This document shows positions 18,885 through 29,028 of a stretch of DNA of 64,000 bases, in pieces. The notes under the pieces are model-generated. The model had not been told where the DNA came from. It ran no database searches and saw only the letters and a list, made by a program, of their open reading frames with translations. Every line of letters begins with the position of its first letter. Positions within the stretch are counted from its first letter, which is position 1. This DNA comes from Polyangiaceae bacterium (GTDB lineage Bacteria > Myxococcota_A > Polyangia > Polyangiales > Polyangiaceae). A program made the position numbers and the translations under genes. The stretch is from the NCBI GenBank assembly GCA_965222375.1, contig CBDCTZ010000014.1, forward strand, positions 352,001 through 416,000. The letters run 5' to 3'.

Positions 18885-21800
18885 GTGCCGTCCGCTCTAG
18901 TCCACGCGCGCTACGCGCCTGGCGCCCTGCTCGGCCAGGGTGCCCAGGGGGTGGTGATCCGAGTTGTCGATCGGGAGGACCCGGAGCGACCCCTGGTGGC
19001 GAAGGTGCTCGCCCCAGGCAAGTTTAGTGAGGGGTGGCTCGAGGGGGAGTTCTCATTGCTGGCGCGGGTTTTCGTTCCGGGGCTGGTGCGGGCCCATGAC
19101 TTCGGTCGCGACGAAGGCACGGGGATGCCTTTCTTGGTCGAGGACTTCGTCGACGGGCCGGACGCGGCAACTTGGGTGGCAGCTGCCTCATCAGATCCCG
19201 AGCGAGTGAATCGGCTCATCACGATCCTCAGCACGGTTGCGCAAACTCTGTGCGCCTTGCACGACGCCGGATTTTTGCACGGAGATCTGAAACCGGACCA
19301 CGTGCGTATCCAAGCTGAGCAGCAGCCCACGTTGCTGGACCTGGGCGCAGCCGTTCGCTGGTCTCGATTCGAGACAGCCACGGCTACGGCATTCACGCCA
19401 GGCTATGCGGCTCCGGAGCTGCTTGCCGGGGCAGCGCCTTCTCCGAGAACGGATCTGTATGCCTTGGGTGCCCTAGCCTACGCGATCGTAACGGGCGCTA
19501 CGCCCGCGGTAGGCGCGACGGACATGCGCCGAAACGCGCGCTGGGTGCCATCTGCCTTGGCGGAGCTGGTCGAGGCGCTGATAGCGGCACATCCGGAAGA
19601 CCGTCCCAAAGACGCGCGGGAGCTGCTGGCTCGCCTAGCCCACGCTTGTCCGGCTGAACAGCGTCCGGAATCCGTGGCTGGTCGGTCTTCAGGTGGTCTG
19701 ATCCGCAAGCCCAGCCTTCAGAAGCTCGTGTGTCCTCGAATCGGCGTGCGCTACGTCACCGGCGCCGCGGGATCCGGCAAGAGCCACCTGCTGGATGAGC
19801 TCTGCATCAGCGCGTTGCTCTCGGGACGCCCGGTTCGGCGAATCCGCTTTCCCGGTGCGGACCCGGAATTGGTCATGCGGCTGCTCGCTTTTCTGCGGGG
19901 CCAAAGGGAGGCTTGTCCCTTCAGTTTTCCCGACGCTGCGGCGCCGCTGGTCGTGCTGGATGACGTCGAGCAAGGGCCTACGGAGCTCACCTCGGCACTA
20001 GAGGCGTTCCGCTGCCATGTTGCAGCCGAGAGCGGTATCGACGTAGTCGTCGGCGTGCGGGACGCGCCGGAGCCGGCAAAGCCTTTGCGCCTGGAACCCT
20101 TGGACCGGCAAGCGTGTCGCCGACTCTGCAGCGAGCTGGCGCCGGAGCAGGACGCCGACGCGGTTTGGCGCGCGAGCGAGGGCAACATCGGCTGGATCGT
20201 GGCTGCCCTGGGGCAAGTGCCCCTGTCGAGAGAGGCCATCGTTGAACGTGCGCGAAGCTTGAGTGACCAGGCGCGACTGTCCCTTGGGATGCTGGCGGCG
20301 TCAGGCGGCAGGCTGCCGGAGCGCAGCTTGGAGGCGGCTGTGGGCGGCGACGCGCGGACGGCCCTTGCTGAGCTCGCGCGCCACGCACTGATCGACCGCC
20401 ACGCCTTGACCTCGACGCAGGACCGTGAGGTGTCTTTGCTGGGTGCCGCGCGGGCTGAAGAACTCGCTGATGCGCTTGCGCCCCACGACGTCGTAGACGC
20501 CCTGGCTGACGCGATGCTCGAGCCCGGCGCGCACCTGCCGGTCGCAGCTTTGTTGGCGCTAGCGCGAGCTCCCCACGTGCCGACGCGACGCAACGAATTG
20601 CTCGAGTTGGCCGCTGAGCGCTCCCGCGTTGACGGGTTGCGCGGCGAGCAGGTCGAGGCCCTTCTGGAGCTTTGCGCCGACCGCCAGCAGCGCACGCCGC
20701 GCGTGCTGACCGAACTGGACCGCATTACGCGCGGAGGTGGCAGTGCGGGCTTGCACCCGCAGCTAGTGGACTGGCTCGATCACGCCGCTGGTGAGTATCC
20801 GGAGCTGGCGGTGCTCGCGCTTCGTAGGCGCGCAGAGCTGTGCGCCCGCAAGGGTGAGGCCGCGGAAGCCCGCGAACTTTCGGATCAAGCTCACGCCGTG
20901 GCCGCCGGGAGCCGCGACCCGGCCCGGATCGCGCTGGCGTGCTCCACTCGCGGCGCGGTGGCGCTGTATCGTGCGGATTGGGAGCTCGCCGAGGCAGCAT
21001 TGGAGCAAGCGCGCCGGACGATTGCCTCGGGAGCCGTGGATGACGCGGAGGAGGTGGCCCGCATTCATCACAACATCGGCGTGGTAGCGCTGTACCGCGG
21101 TCGCCTCGAAGAGGCCTCGGCCGCCTTCGCCCAATCTTTGGCGACGAAGCGTGCCCTTGGGGATCGAGCCGGCGTGTGGGCGTGTTTGCTGAACCTGGGG
21201 CTGTCGGAGTGTCAGCTGGGGAATCTCGATGCGGCCGAACGAGCCCTGGCCGAAGCGTCGGCTCTGTGTCGCTCCCTGGCGCAGCTCTCGGGTTTGGGTT
21301 GGTGTTTGGCGGCACAAGCCGAAGTGGCTCTACGCCGACAAGATCCAGCCGCAGCGGAGAAGTGCATCTCAGATGCGGAACATCTGGGCGAGAGGCTTCC
21401 GGTGCCGGTTCGAGCGGACCTGATCTTACTTCGCGCCGAACTGGCGCTCTTGGAGGGGGACGCCAAGGCTGCACTGCGGGAACTTGCGGCGCTGTCGTCG
21501 GAAACCCGACAGGGAGATACTCTCGTTGATCTTCGAGCCTGGGTCATCGAGGCCAAGGCTGCGCTGGTCCAGCTCCCCGCGGATCGCCGTCGGGCAGCCA
21601 GGCTGGCAGTCGCCGTGATTCGCCGAGCGCGTGCGGCCCAACTAGCGGAGCCAGAACGGCGAGCTTGGAACGTGCTGCGAGAGGCCCGCAAGTCCCCCGC
21701 CGTGCGCCAACCCGCCAAGCTGGGGTACGATGCTGAAATGGCGGGTGGAGAGGCCGTATTTCAATGGCTGGAGAGCGTGGGTCGAGGAGCGCGCGCCGAG

Positions 21801-23264
21801 GACGCCACCATCGCCCTTGCCAAACTGCTATGCGCCGAAAGCGGAGCCGAGCGCGCCTTCATCCTGCTTCTGGACCGCGAGGATCGAATTGCCCGGGCGG
21901 TAGGCGTCGATCTGGACGGTTTGCCCGTTGCACAAGCCGAGGAGCGAATCGATTCGGCGATTGCCGAAGTTCGTGGGATTTCCCACATCCCAGCCGTGGA
22001 CGGCCCCGGTGGTCGTGGCTGTCGCCTCTCAGCGGTGGCGGAGACGGAATATGGCCGGGCCGGCTTCGTACTCGAACATCGCTTCCTGCAAGGCCGATTC
22101 GATGCACTCCCGGAGAGCGTCGCGGAGCGCTGGCTAACCCTGACGGCGGTCGCGATGCGCCTGGGTCAAGACACGCCCCGGCCCGAACCTAGGGAGACCG
22201 CGACCCGCAGTCCCGTACTAGCGGTGACCGGCGCATCCGTGGCCATGCGCGAGGCCACGGCGGAGCCGAGTACGGTGCTGCCCATCCGCGAACGCAAGCG
22301 CCACTACCCGGCGCTGATCGGGGACAGTCCGGCGTTTCAGCGGGCCCTGGATCGACTGGACGCGGCGGTGGACAGCGACTTGCCCGTGCTCATCTCGGGT
22401 GAAACGGGTGTGGGCAAGGAGCTCTTTGCGCGCGCACTGCATGATGGGGGGGCTCGAAGCAGGGGTCATTTCGTGGCGATCAACTGCGGCGCAATTCCGG
22501 ATGCGTTGTTTGAAGCCGAATTGTTTGGTCACGCTCGAGGAAGCTTCACCGGTGCGGATCGTGCGCGCCCGGGGCTCCTGGCACGGGCAGAAGGCGGCAC
22601 TCTGTTCATGGACGAAATTGGCGAATTGCCCCTGGCCCGCCAAGCCACGCTGCTCAGAGCCCTCGCGACCCGTACTTATCGACCTGTGGGCAGCGACTCG
22701 GAACGGCCCTTCGATGTGCGAATCGTCGCGGCGACGAATCGAGATCTGGAGCAAGAAGAAAAGGCCGGTCGATTTCGTCGCGACCTCTTATATCGGATCA
22801 ACGTTCTTAGCATTCCAGTGCCGCCGCTGCGCCAACGCGACAAGGACGCGATCCTGATCGCCAATCACGTGCTGCGCAACGCTGGGACGCCCTTGCCGAT
22901 TGCGCCCAGCGCCGCGGAAGCGCTGTTGGGCTATCGTTGGCCGGGCAACGTGCGCGAGCTCGAACATCAGATGCAGCGCGTAGCGGCCACAGGGACCTCC
23001 GTGGTGGAGCTAGAACAGCTCTCCCGAGAAGTGCGCGGCGCCAAGCAGCGCAAGAAGAAGGTGCGCGCGCCGGTCGGAAGTGCCGCCGAGCGGCGTGAGG
23101 TCGAAGATGCGCTGCGACAATGCAATGGCAACATCACCCGGGCAGCAGAGAAGCTCTCGATGACCCGGCAGGGCCTCAAAAAGAAACTGGCGCGACTGGG
23201 GTTGCGGGGTTCTGCGAACGTGCGTGACGCCGCCGTTCGCGCTAGACCGAGCGGGCGGAAGTAA
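18885..23264 (+). CDS. Hybrid Ser/Thr kinase - P-loop NTPase - TPR - (GAF-like) - sigma54 activator - Fis HTH protein
   Basis: LGQGAQGVV, VAKVL, HGDLKPDH, LDLG, TPGYAAPE; GAAGSGKS/VVLDD; TPRs (HHNIGVVALYRGRLEEA); [40 protein letters not shown]. Confidence 0.92.
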   Translation: MPSALVHARYAPGALLGQGAQGVVIRVVDREDPERPLVAKVLAPGKFSEGWLEGEFSLLARVFVPGLVRAHDFGRDEGTGMPFLVEDFVDGPDAATWVAAASSDPERVNRLITILSTVAQTLCALHDAGFLHGDLKPDHVRIQAEQQPTLLDLGAAVRWSRFETATATAFTPGYAAPELLAGAAPSPRTDLYALGALAYAIVTGATPAVGATDMRRNARWVPSALAELVEALIAAHPEDRPKDARELLARLAHACPAEQRPESVAGRSSGGLIRKPSLQKLVCPRIGVRYVTGAAGSGKSHLLDELCISALLSGRPVRRIRFPGADPELVMRLLAFLRGQREACPFSFPDAAAPLVVLDDVEQGPTELTSALEAFRCHVAAESGIDVVVGVRDAPEPAKPLRLEPLDRQACRRLCSELAPEQDADAVWRASEGNIGWIVAALGQVPLSREAIVERARSLSDQARLSLGMLAASGGRLPERSLEAAVGGDARTALAELARHALIDRHALTSTQDREVSLLGAARAEELADALAPHDVVDALADAMLEPGAHLPVAALLALARAPHVPTRRNELLELAAERSRVDGLRGEQVEALLELCADRQQRTPRVLTELDRITRGGGSAGLHPQLVDWLDHAAGEYPELAVLALRRRAELCARKGEAAEARELSDQAHAVAAGSRDPARIALACSTRGAVALYRADWELAEAALEQARRTIASGAVDDAEEVARIHHNIGVVALYRGRLEEASAAFAQSLATKRALGDRAGVWACLLNLGLSECQLGNLDAAERALAEASALCRSLAQLSGLGWCLAAQAEVALRRQDPAAAEKCISDAEHLGERLPVPVRADLILLRAELALLEGDAKAALRELAALSSETRQGDTLVDLRAWVIEAKAALVQLPADRRRAARLAVAVIRRARAAQLAEPERRAWNVLREARKSPAVRQPAKLGYDAEMAGGEAVFQWLESVGRGARAEDATIALAKLLCAESGAERAFILLLDREDRIARAVGVDLDGLPVAQAEERIDSAIAEVRGISHIPAVDGPGGRGCRLSAVAETEYGRAGFVLEHRFLQGRFDALPESVAERWLTLTAVAMRLGQDTPRPEPRETATRSPVLAVTGASVAMREATAEPSTVLPIRERKRHYPALIGDSPAFQRALDRLDAAVDSDLPVLISGETGVGKELFARALHDGGARSRGHFVAINCGAIPDALFEAELFGHARGSFTGADRARPGLLARAEGGTLFMDEIGELPLARQATLLRALATRTYRPVGSDSERPFDVRIVAATNRDLEQEEKAGRFRRDLLYRINVLSIPVPPLRQRDKDAILIANHVLRNAGTPLPIAPSAAEALLGYRWPGNVRELEHQMQRVAATGTSVVELEQLSREVRGAKQRKKKVRAPVGSAAERREVEDALRQCNGNITRAAEKLSMTRQGLKKKLARLGLRGSANVRDAAVRARPSGRK

Positions 23265-24461
23265 ATGAGATTCTTATTCATAGTGGGTTTGGGTGCGCTG
23301 GGCGCTATTGGCTGCGGCGATGACGATTCGGCGGCCGCGCAACCATGTACCAACTGCCCTCTCACGGACGCTGGGGATGGCTCGGCCGGCGACTCTGGGG
23401 CGGATGCCGAAGCGGGCTCGGCGTTGGACGCTTCCAACGACGCGACGCCGGATGCTCTGAGCGAAGGCGGAGCCGACGCTACCGCTGCGGACTGCCTGAC
23501 GCATGCCGCGGGCGTGTCGGTGGCGGAAACGGATTTGGATGGTTATCCACCCTACGCGGTGGATGGCTGCAACATGGCCTACGTCTCCTCCACCGGCGAA
23601 CTGCTGCTCCGGGACTTGAAGACCGGCGGTGAGCAGCAAGTTGCGGCGGCGTCAGATTCGCCGCGCCGTCCGAGCCTCGCCGGCGCGGTGCTGGCTTGGG
23701 AAGCAGATGCGGGTGGCAAGAGTGTGATCCGAGTTCGCAGTGGCGGTGTTGTCGAAACCGTTGCCGGCAGCTTCGACCACGCACGCGAGCCGAAAGCGAC
23801 TGCGGACGCGGTTGTACTCACTGGCTTCATGGGCGCTGCGAATACGTCAGACAGCGACGTGTTTCTGTATGACGTTGCGGGCAAGAGCATCGCGAAACTT
23901 TCGACGTTGAAAGGCCAACAGAGGTTCGCGGATGTCTCGGCCTCTCATGTCGCATGGAGTGACTTTTCAGAAGACCCAAGCGGCGTCTACTCTGGCGACG
24001 GCACGTCATTGGCGGACGTCGTGCTCTACGAACGCAGCAGCAAGAAAGCGCAGACCATCAAGCTCTCTGGGAAACAAGCGTTCCCGATGCTGGCGGTCTC
24101 AGGTCGGGTTGGGTTCCTGGACTGGCTTGCCGTGCACCCAGTGCCGAAGCTTCAGGACTACCGAATCCTGTCCCTACCCATCGGCGACTTGACGACAAAG
24201 CCGGTACAGGTAGCCAGCGTGCAGTCCGAAGTCGCGGTGCGTCCGTCTGCCAATGACAACCGGGTCGAGTGGGTCGTGCGCTGGGGAGGGCAGTCCACTT
24301 TGCACCGTGCGCCACTGGATGGCTCCGCTGCAGCTACCGTCGTACCGCTGGGAAGTGTCGCCGAGGTGCATGCACCCGCCGGAACTTCGGCACTTTCCGT
24401 GGTAGCGACCCGCGCCAAGCCGAAAGCGGTGCCCACATTGCAGGCGATAGCGGTTCCCTGA
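23265..24461 (+). CDS. Lipoprotein with Asp/Ala/Gly-rich linker and TolB-like beta-propeller
   Basis: GAIGC lipobox; DAG repeats; DSDVFLYDV, HVAWSD, ADVVLYE strands; ATG directly follows upstream TAA. Confidence 0.7.
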   Translation: MRFLFIVGLGALGAIGCGDDDSAAAQPCTNCPLTDAGDGSAGDSGADAEAGSALDASNDATPDALSEGGADATAADCLTHAAGVSVAETDLDGYPPYAVDGCNMAYVSSTGELLLRDLKTGGEQQVAAASDSPRRPSLAGAVLAWEADAGGKSVIRVRSGGVVETVAGSFDHAREPKATADAVVLTGFMGAANTSDSDVFLYDVAGKSIAKLSTLKGQQRFADVSASHVAWSDFSEDPSGVYSGDGTSLADVVLYERSSKKAQTIKLSGKQAFPMLAVSGRVGFLDWLAVHPVPKLQDYRILSLPIGDLTTKPVQVASVQSEVAVRPSANDNRVEWVVRWGGQSTLHRAPLDGSAAATVVPLGSVAEVHAPAGTSALSVVATRAKPKAVPTLQAIAVP

Positions 24462-24497
24462 GGGGTCCAGGCCCGTTCGGCTGCGCTTGGCAAGGGA

Positions 24498-26978
24498 CTA
24501 GCCCGACGTAGGGACGGACTCTAGCGCGCGGCGGTAGCGTTCGCGACGCAAGTTGTCTCTCAGGATCTCGTAGGCTTCTTCGAGCACCTCGACGATCAGG
24601 TCCACGTCGTCCTTCAAGTCTGCGCACCCAGGAGTGAGCATCCTCGAGGGTTCGAAATCCCGCCGAAGTTCCGCGTACGCGCGGCGCACATCATAGCTCG
24701 TGGCGCGTCGCGGGACGCCCAGTAGGGAGAAATAATCGCCTTCGTCTACCAAGGCGCGGCGCGCGAGGATGCGCTGCCGAACCGCGCTTTCGTCCAAGGC
24801 GTCCCACTTCTGGGGCGGTGGCTCCTGGGCGCCCGAGCGCCGCTGTTGTCCAGAGTCGACCTGCAGCACTCTGAGCGCTACCAGTGCGGCGAACATCGGC
24901 GTGAAGCCAGGATCCCGAATCTGGTTCAGCACCTCACCCAGGGTGCTACCGGATGCCTGCTCGACCAAGGCGGTTTCCGCGTCGGTCAGCGCGCATTCGC
25001 TGAGTAGGTTGTGACTTTCTCCTGGAGTCAGGACTCCGCTTTGGCCGCCTAACTGGGTAACCGCCGCTTCCGGCAGAACCACCCTTCGCGCGACTTCGAC
25101 CAACACTTCCGCGCCTGTGGCACCACCGAACACGGCGGGCTCCGCCTGCAGTCGGGGAGGCACCTCCCGCTCGATGCTGGCACCTCCACCCTCCATCAGC
25201 ATGATCCGCCCGACGACCCACTCCGCATGCGCGCGCAGAACCGGCCACAGTTCGTCTTGGCGCAGATGCCCGTTGGCGATCAGAGCTGCGCCTGCGTATC
25301 GACCGAAGGGTGGAATACGAGGACCCAAGCGTTGGGCGACTTCCGGCCCGAGCACGCCGCGCTCGATCAGAAACGCCATCAGTGACTCGGTGTTCGCGCC
25401 GGATGCGGCAATCACGAAGTCGCCATCACGGAAAACCACCCGACGGATGCCAGCGGGATCCTCGAAGGCGATGGCGCCGGTAAACCGCGATTGCACCGCT
25501 TGGGCGAGGACTTTTAGGGCGTCCCCGGCGCTGAGCACGGCAGGGATCTGCGGCGTGCTAGCTGCTTCTTGGGGCGGCTCCTGGCTGCGCTCATCGCTGA
25601 ACGTAATTCGTGGCGCCGCGGTCATCGGCGCTATAGGTCGAGGTGGCTCCAGAGGTCGTGACGGTGCCGGTCGCGCGGTGGCTGCTGGTGTTGATGGAGG
25701 GCCCGTTTGAGGCCGCGCTTCGATGGCCGTCACCATCGCGTTCGCGGGCGCTGGCGGCCAACTCGGTGGTCTCGGCTCGGCGTCGCTAGGAGGTAGGGCG
25801 GCAGCTGTTTGGGGTGGCTCCGACTGTGAGCTTCGTTGCTGTGGCGGCGGCGCCGTGGGCTCCGCTCCGGTGGTCACTCCACCATCGATGGTTCCTGGAG
25901 ACGATAGCGGGCTACCGGCGAAGGTACCCAAGCCGGTGCCCTGTCCGGACGCCGCGGTGCCTTGACCCGTGGCGCCACCACCGCCGTAGGAGCCTGCGCC
26001 CGTTCCGATGTTCGTGCCGAAGCCTGTGCGCGCGCCCGAGCCTGAGCGCGTGCCGTGTTCACTGTCCTCCGCAGACCCGAGCTTGTCGTCGTCGTCGAGG
26101 TCCAGGGGTTCGTCTAGCGCGGCAAGTACCTCCGCTGGAAGCACCGCTTCGATTTCTTCGTCCGGTGAGAGCTTCGGTGCGGTCGGCCGAAGGCTATCCC
26201 CACTGGATAGCGCGCTGACCCGCTGCTCGGCGCGGGCCAGTAGAGATTCCAGCTCTGGACTCATCTCGGACTGCGGGACCTGGCGCGGCCCGGCGTCCTC
26301 ATTGGAAAACCCTAGAGGGACAGGTGCAGGCAAACTCGGATGCGAGGGGTCGTCGTCGATGAAAGCTCCGGGTCGTTGGCCTGGTGTCGAGGGCGCGTCC
26401 GCCGCGCTTTGGTCGCCCCCCTCTTCCGCGGGTGCCCGTTCCCTTTCGCTTGGTGCGTTGGTGTCTTCGCTTGGCGCCGGGTTTTCCTTTGGTCCCTCGG
26501 CGTCTTCATCTGGTGCAGCGGTGTCCTTACTCGTGCCGCGCTGCTCCCGGGAGCCTGCGGGCGGGACGGTCGAAACCTGGGGGCCTTGACGCGGGGGGAT
26601 TGAGGCGAGCCCACACAACGCATCGATCTTCCGGACGACTGTTTCCGGATCCGTGCCGGATTGGAAGGCCCCGCTCGCTTCGTCTTTCAGGTTCTCGGGC
26701 AGTGGAGTCCCGCCCAGGAAGACCACGTCGACCTTTGGACCGCCGTCGCGCGCCCGAAGTTCAACCAGGGATTGGGGTGCGCCTTCGGTTCTGGCGTCCA
26801 ACAGCCACACATCGGGCAGTGCGCCTTCTTGCACGGGATTGCCAAGGTCCACCGACTCGGCGTCGTAGCCCCGGACCGTCAGCAGGCGCTCGAATGCGCC
26901 AGCTACGTCGTCCGCTAGAGTCAGCCAGACTCGCGGACTTCGCGTGAAATTCCCTTCAGCGGGCGGATCCGAAGCCAC
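24498..26978 (-). CDS. Receiver-like / Pro-rich / DUF4388-like / DnaJ-like multidomain protein
   Basis: N-terminal PDVWLLD receiver-like fold; long Pro/Ala/Gly linker; FTGAIAFED...RRVVFRDGDFVIAAS (DUF4388-like); GDYFSLLGV...VRRAY...EEAYEILRD...RERY J-like domain. Confidence 0.75.
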   Translation of the reverse strand: MASDPPAEGNFTRSPRVWLTLADDVAGAFERLLTVRGYDAESVDLGNPVQEGALPDVWLLDARTEGAPQSLVELRARDGGPKVDVVFLGGTPLPENLKDEASGAFQSGTDPETVVRKIDALCGLASIPPRQGPQVSTVPPAGSREQRGTSKDTAAPDEDAEGPKENPAPSEDTNAPSERERAPAEEGGDQSAADAPSTPGQRPGAFIDDDPSHPSLPAPVPLGFSNEDAGPRQVPQSEMSPELESLLARAEQRVSALSSGDSLRPTAPKLSPDEEIEAVLPAEVLAALDEPLDLDDDDKLGSAEDSEHGTRSGSGARTGFGTNIGTGAGSYGGGGATGQGTAASGQGTGLGTFAGSPLSSPGTIDGGVTTGAEPTAPPPQQRSSQSEPPQTAAALPPSDAEPRPPSWPPAPANAMVTAIEARPQTGPPSTPAATARPAPSRPLEPPRPIAPMTAAPRITFSDERSQEPPQEAASTPQIPAVLSAGDALKVLAQAVQSRFTGAIAFEDPAGIRRVVFRDGDFVIAASGANTESLMAFLIERGVLGPEVAQRLGPRIPPFGRYAGAALIANGHLRQDELWPVLRAHAEWVVGRIMLMEGGGASIEREVPPRLQAEPAVFGGATGAEVLVEVARRVVLPEAAVTQLGGQSGVLTPGESHNLLSECALTDAETALVEQASGSTLGEVLNQIRDPGFTPMFAALVALRVLQVDSGQQRRSGAQEPPPQKWDALDESAVRQRILARRALVDEGDYFSLLGVPRRATSYDVRRAYAELRRDFEPSRMLTPGCADLKDDVDLIVEVLEEAYEILRDNLRRERYRRALESVPTSG

Positions 26979-27012
26979 GAAGTGCCAGTTTAGCGAAAGT
27001 CCCGTAGCGGAT

Positions 27013-27183
27013 TCACGAAAGCTGCGGATCGTCGTCGCTGGCCGGCGTTTCTGCGTCGGGCGCCCGCTGCCCAGCGGCTATCCGACCCAACATGGCCCCC
27101 AGCCGGGGCCACCACGGAGCGGAGATGACCGCCAGAGTGATGAACCCGATGACGATCAGCTCCGATCGGGTCAAATCGACCAC
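27013..27183 (-). CDS. Small membrane protein, TatA/TatB-like
   Basis: VDLTRSELIVIGFITLAVISAPWWPRLGAMLGR: E + TM helix + P + amphipathic helix + acidic tail; GTG start at 27183. Confidence 0.5.
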   Translation of the reverse strand: MVDLTRSELIVIGFITLAVISAPWWPRLGAMLGRIAAGQRAPDAETPASDDDPQLS

Positions 27184-27235
27184 AACGCTGCAGAGATAGC
27201 ATGATTTGGCCTGGCAGCCGGCTATTGTCCGTATC

Positions 27236-27769
27236 GTGGACCTGGTATTCGGCCTAGGAGCTAATCTGGGGGATCGCGCCGACGCGCTGCGCGGGGCTGT
27301 CACTGCCCTAGCGGGTTTAGGCCCAATTGTGGCTGTTTCCGGCCTGTTTGAGACAGACGCAGTGGGGGGTCCGCCAGGCCAGCCGCCTCACCTGAATGCC
27401 GCCGTCAGGCTGACCACTGACGCAGACCCGCCCCAGTGGCTAGCAACGGCTCGCGCAATCGAAAACTCCGCGGGACGCGAGCGCAAACAGCGCCACGGGC
27501 CCCGTGTTCTGGACGTAGACGTTCTCTGGGCCGACGGGAGACGCGTCGTCAGTCCGGAACTGACCGTGCCTCATCCTGCACTAAAAGACCGGCCGTTCGC
27601 TTGGATTCCCCTGCTCGAAGTGGCGCCTGACGCCGCTCCACCCGGCGGTGCCGCGGCCTATCGGCGCAAACTCGAAGGCTTCGACTGGGTGGGCGTTTCG
27701 CCGCGCTTGGGCGCCCGGCTGTGGTGTCCGGAATTTCCGAGTGAAATCGAGCAATTACGACCCGTCTAG
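27236..27769 (+). CDS. folK: 2-amino-4-hydroxy-6-hydroxymethyldihydropteridine diphosphokinase
   Basis: GLGANLGDR, SGLFET, HLNAAV, IE..AGRER...GPRVLDVDVL, LTVPHP...RPF. Confidence 0.93.
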   Translation: MDLVFGLGANLGDRADALRGAVTALAGLGPIVAVSGLFETDAVGGPPGQPPHLNAAVRLTTDADPPQWLATARAIENSAGRERKQRHGPRVLDVDVLWADGRRVVSPELTVPHPALKDRPFAWIPLLEVAPDAAPPGGAAAYRRKLEGFDWVGVSPRLGARLWCPEFPSEIEQLRPV

Positions 27770-27856
27770 ACACCCTCACAGCGAGGTGGTACGAGCCGCG
27801 CGCCGCAAGGGCGCTTCTACCCGCCAAACGGCATTCCCAACACCGGAGAGACCCCG

Positions 27857-28348
27857 TTGCTCGTTCTTGGTGCTCAAAGCCCCTCTCTAGTCCTCGCAGC
27901 CGCCATGGGCGGTGGGGTCAGTGTTGACCTCGACCGCAGTTTCTTGTTTCAGGCGGTTGTCTTCTTGGTCGTGATTTGGCTGCTCAAGCCGCTGCTCTTC
28001 GATCCCGTGTTGCGCATTTTCGAGGAGCGCGAGCGGCGCACCGACGGCGCGCGGGATGAGGCGCGCGAAATGCAGGAAGAGGCCGGCAGCCTGCTCCGAA
28101 AGTACGAGCACGAATTGGTGCGCGTGCATCAGGTCGCCGCTGAGGTGCGCGAGCAAAATCGCAACGAGACCACGAAGCTCGAAAACGAAATCCTCGAGGA
28201 AGCGCGTGCATCGACCGCTCAGATCCTCTCTGACGGTCGGAAGAACATCGAGGAGGAGGTTGGAAGGATTCGCTTCGACCTCGGCAAACGCTCCCAGCAG
28301 CTGGCTGGAGACGTGGCGTCGCGAATCCTCGGAAAGGGGGCGTCATGA
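27857..28348 (+). CDS. F0F1 ATP synthase subunit b'
   Basis: TM segment then LLFDPVLRIFEERERR coiled coil; first of two b-type genes in the atp cluster. Confidence 0.88.
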   Translation: MLVLGAQSPSLVLAAAMGGGVSVDLDRSFLFQAVVFLVVIWLLKPLLFDPVLRIFEERERRTDGARDEAREMQEEAGSLLRKYEHELVRVHQVAAEVREQNRNETTKLENEILEEARASTAQILSDGRKNIEEEVGRIRFDLGKRSQQLAGDVASRILGKGAS

Positions 28349-29028
28349 ACTCGCTGCCTCGTCGGGCGCTTGCCTCCGGAGTACTCGCCCTCGCTCTACT
28401 CGGCTTGGCCGCACCCGCGTTGGCGGCTGGGGGCGGTGGTGACGGTGAGCACCACTTCAATCTGTATCACGGCTTTATCGGTGTTCGCGAAGGTGTGCAG
28501 CCGAACCTGCTGTGGCGTGCGCCTGGGACTCCTCCCCCGTTAGGCGCGATGCTCGTCAACACCGGCATCCTCTTCTACCTGCTGTATCGCTTTGGCAATC
28601 GACCAGTGAAAGACGCGCTCAAGAAGCGCAAGGCAGCGATCATGCAGGGTATGGACGACGCTGCTCGTATGAAAAGCGACGCTGAGGAACGCCTGACGGA
28701 TCTAGAAGACAAGATCGACCACATTGAAGACGAGATCGATCGGGTCCGCAGGGACATGCAAGCCGCGGGGCAGGCTGAGCGGGAACGCGTGTTGGCCGAA
28801 GCCAAAGAGCGCCGCGAGCGCATGGAGCGGGATGCGAAACTGCTGGTGAGCCAAGAGCTCAAAGTAGCTCACGATGCACTGCTTCAGGAAACCGTGAACA
28901 GCGCCATCCAGAGCGCGCGCGAGGCCATCGAGAGAGCCATCACCCCCGCGGAGCACCAACGCCTGGCCCAGGAGTACCTGGCTGGGCTCGACCGGGCGCT
29001 CAGCGCGAAACAAGGGAGTCCGTCATGA
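28345..29028 (+). CDS. atpF: F0F1 ATP synthase subunit b
   Basis: N-terminal extension, LVNTGILFYLLYRFG..PVKDALKKRK..I coiled coil; lies before delta. Confidence 0.88.
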   Translation: MNSLPRRALASGVLALALLGLAAPALAAGGGGDGEHHFNLYHGFIGVREGVQPNLLWRAPGTPPPLGAMLVNTGILFYLLYRFGNRPVKDALKKRKAAIMQGMDDAARMKSDAEERLTDLEDKIDHIEDEIDRVRRDMQAAGQAERERVLAEAKERRERMERDAKLLVSQELKVAHDALLQETVNSAIQSAREAIERAITPAEHQRLAQEYLAGLDRALSAKQGSPS

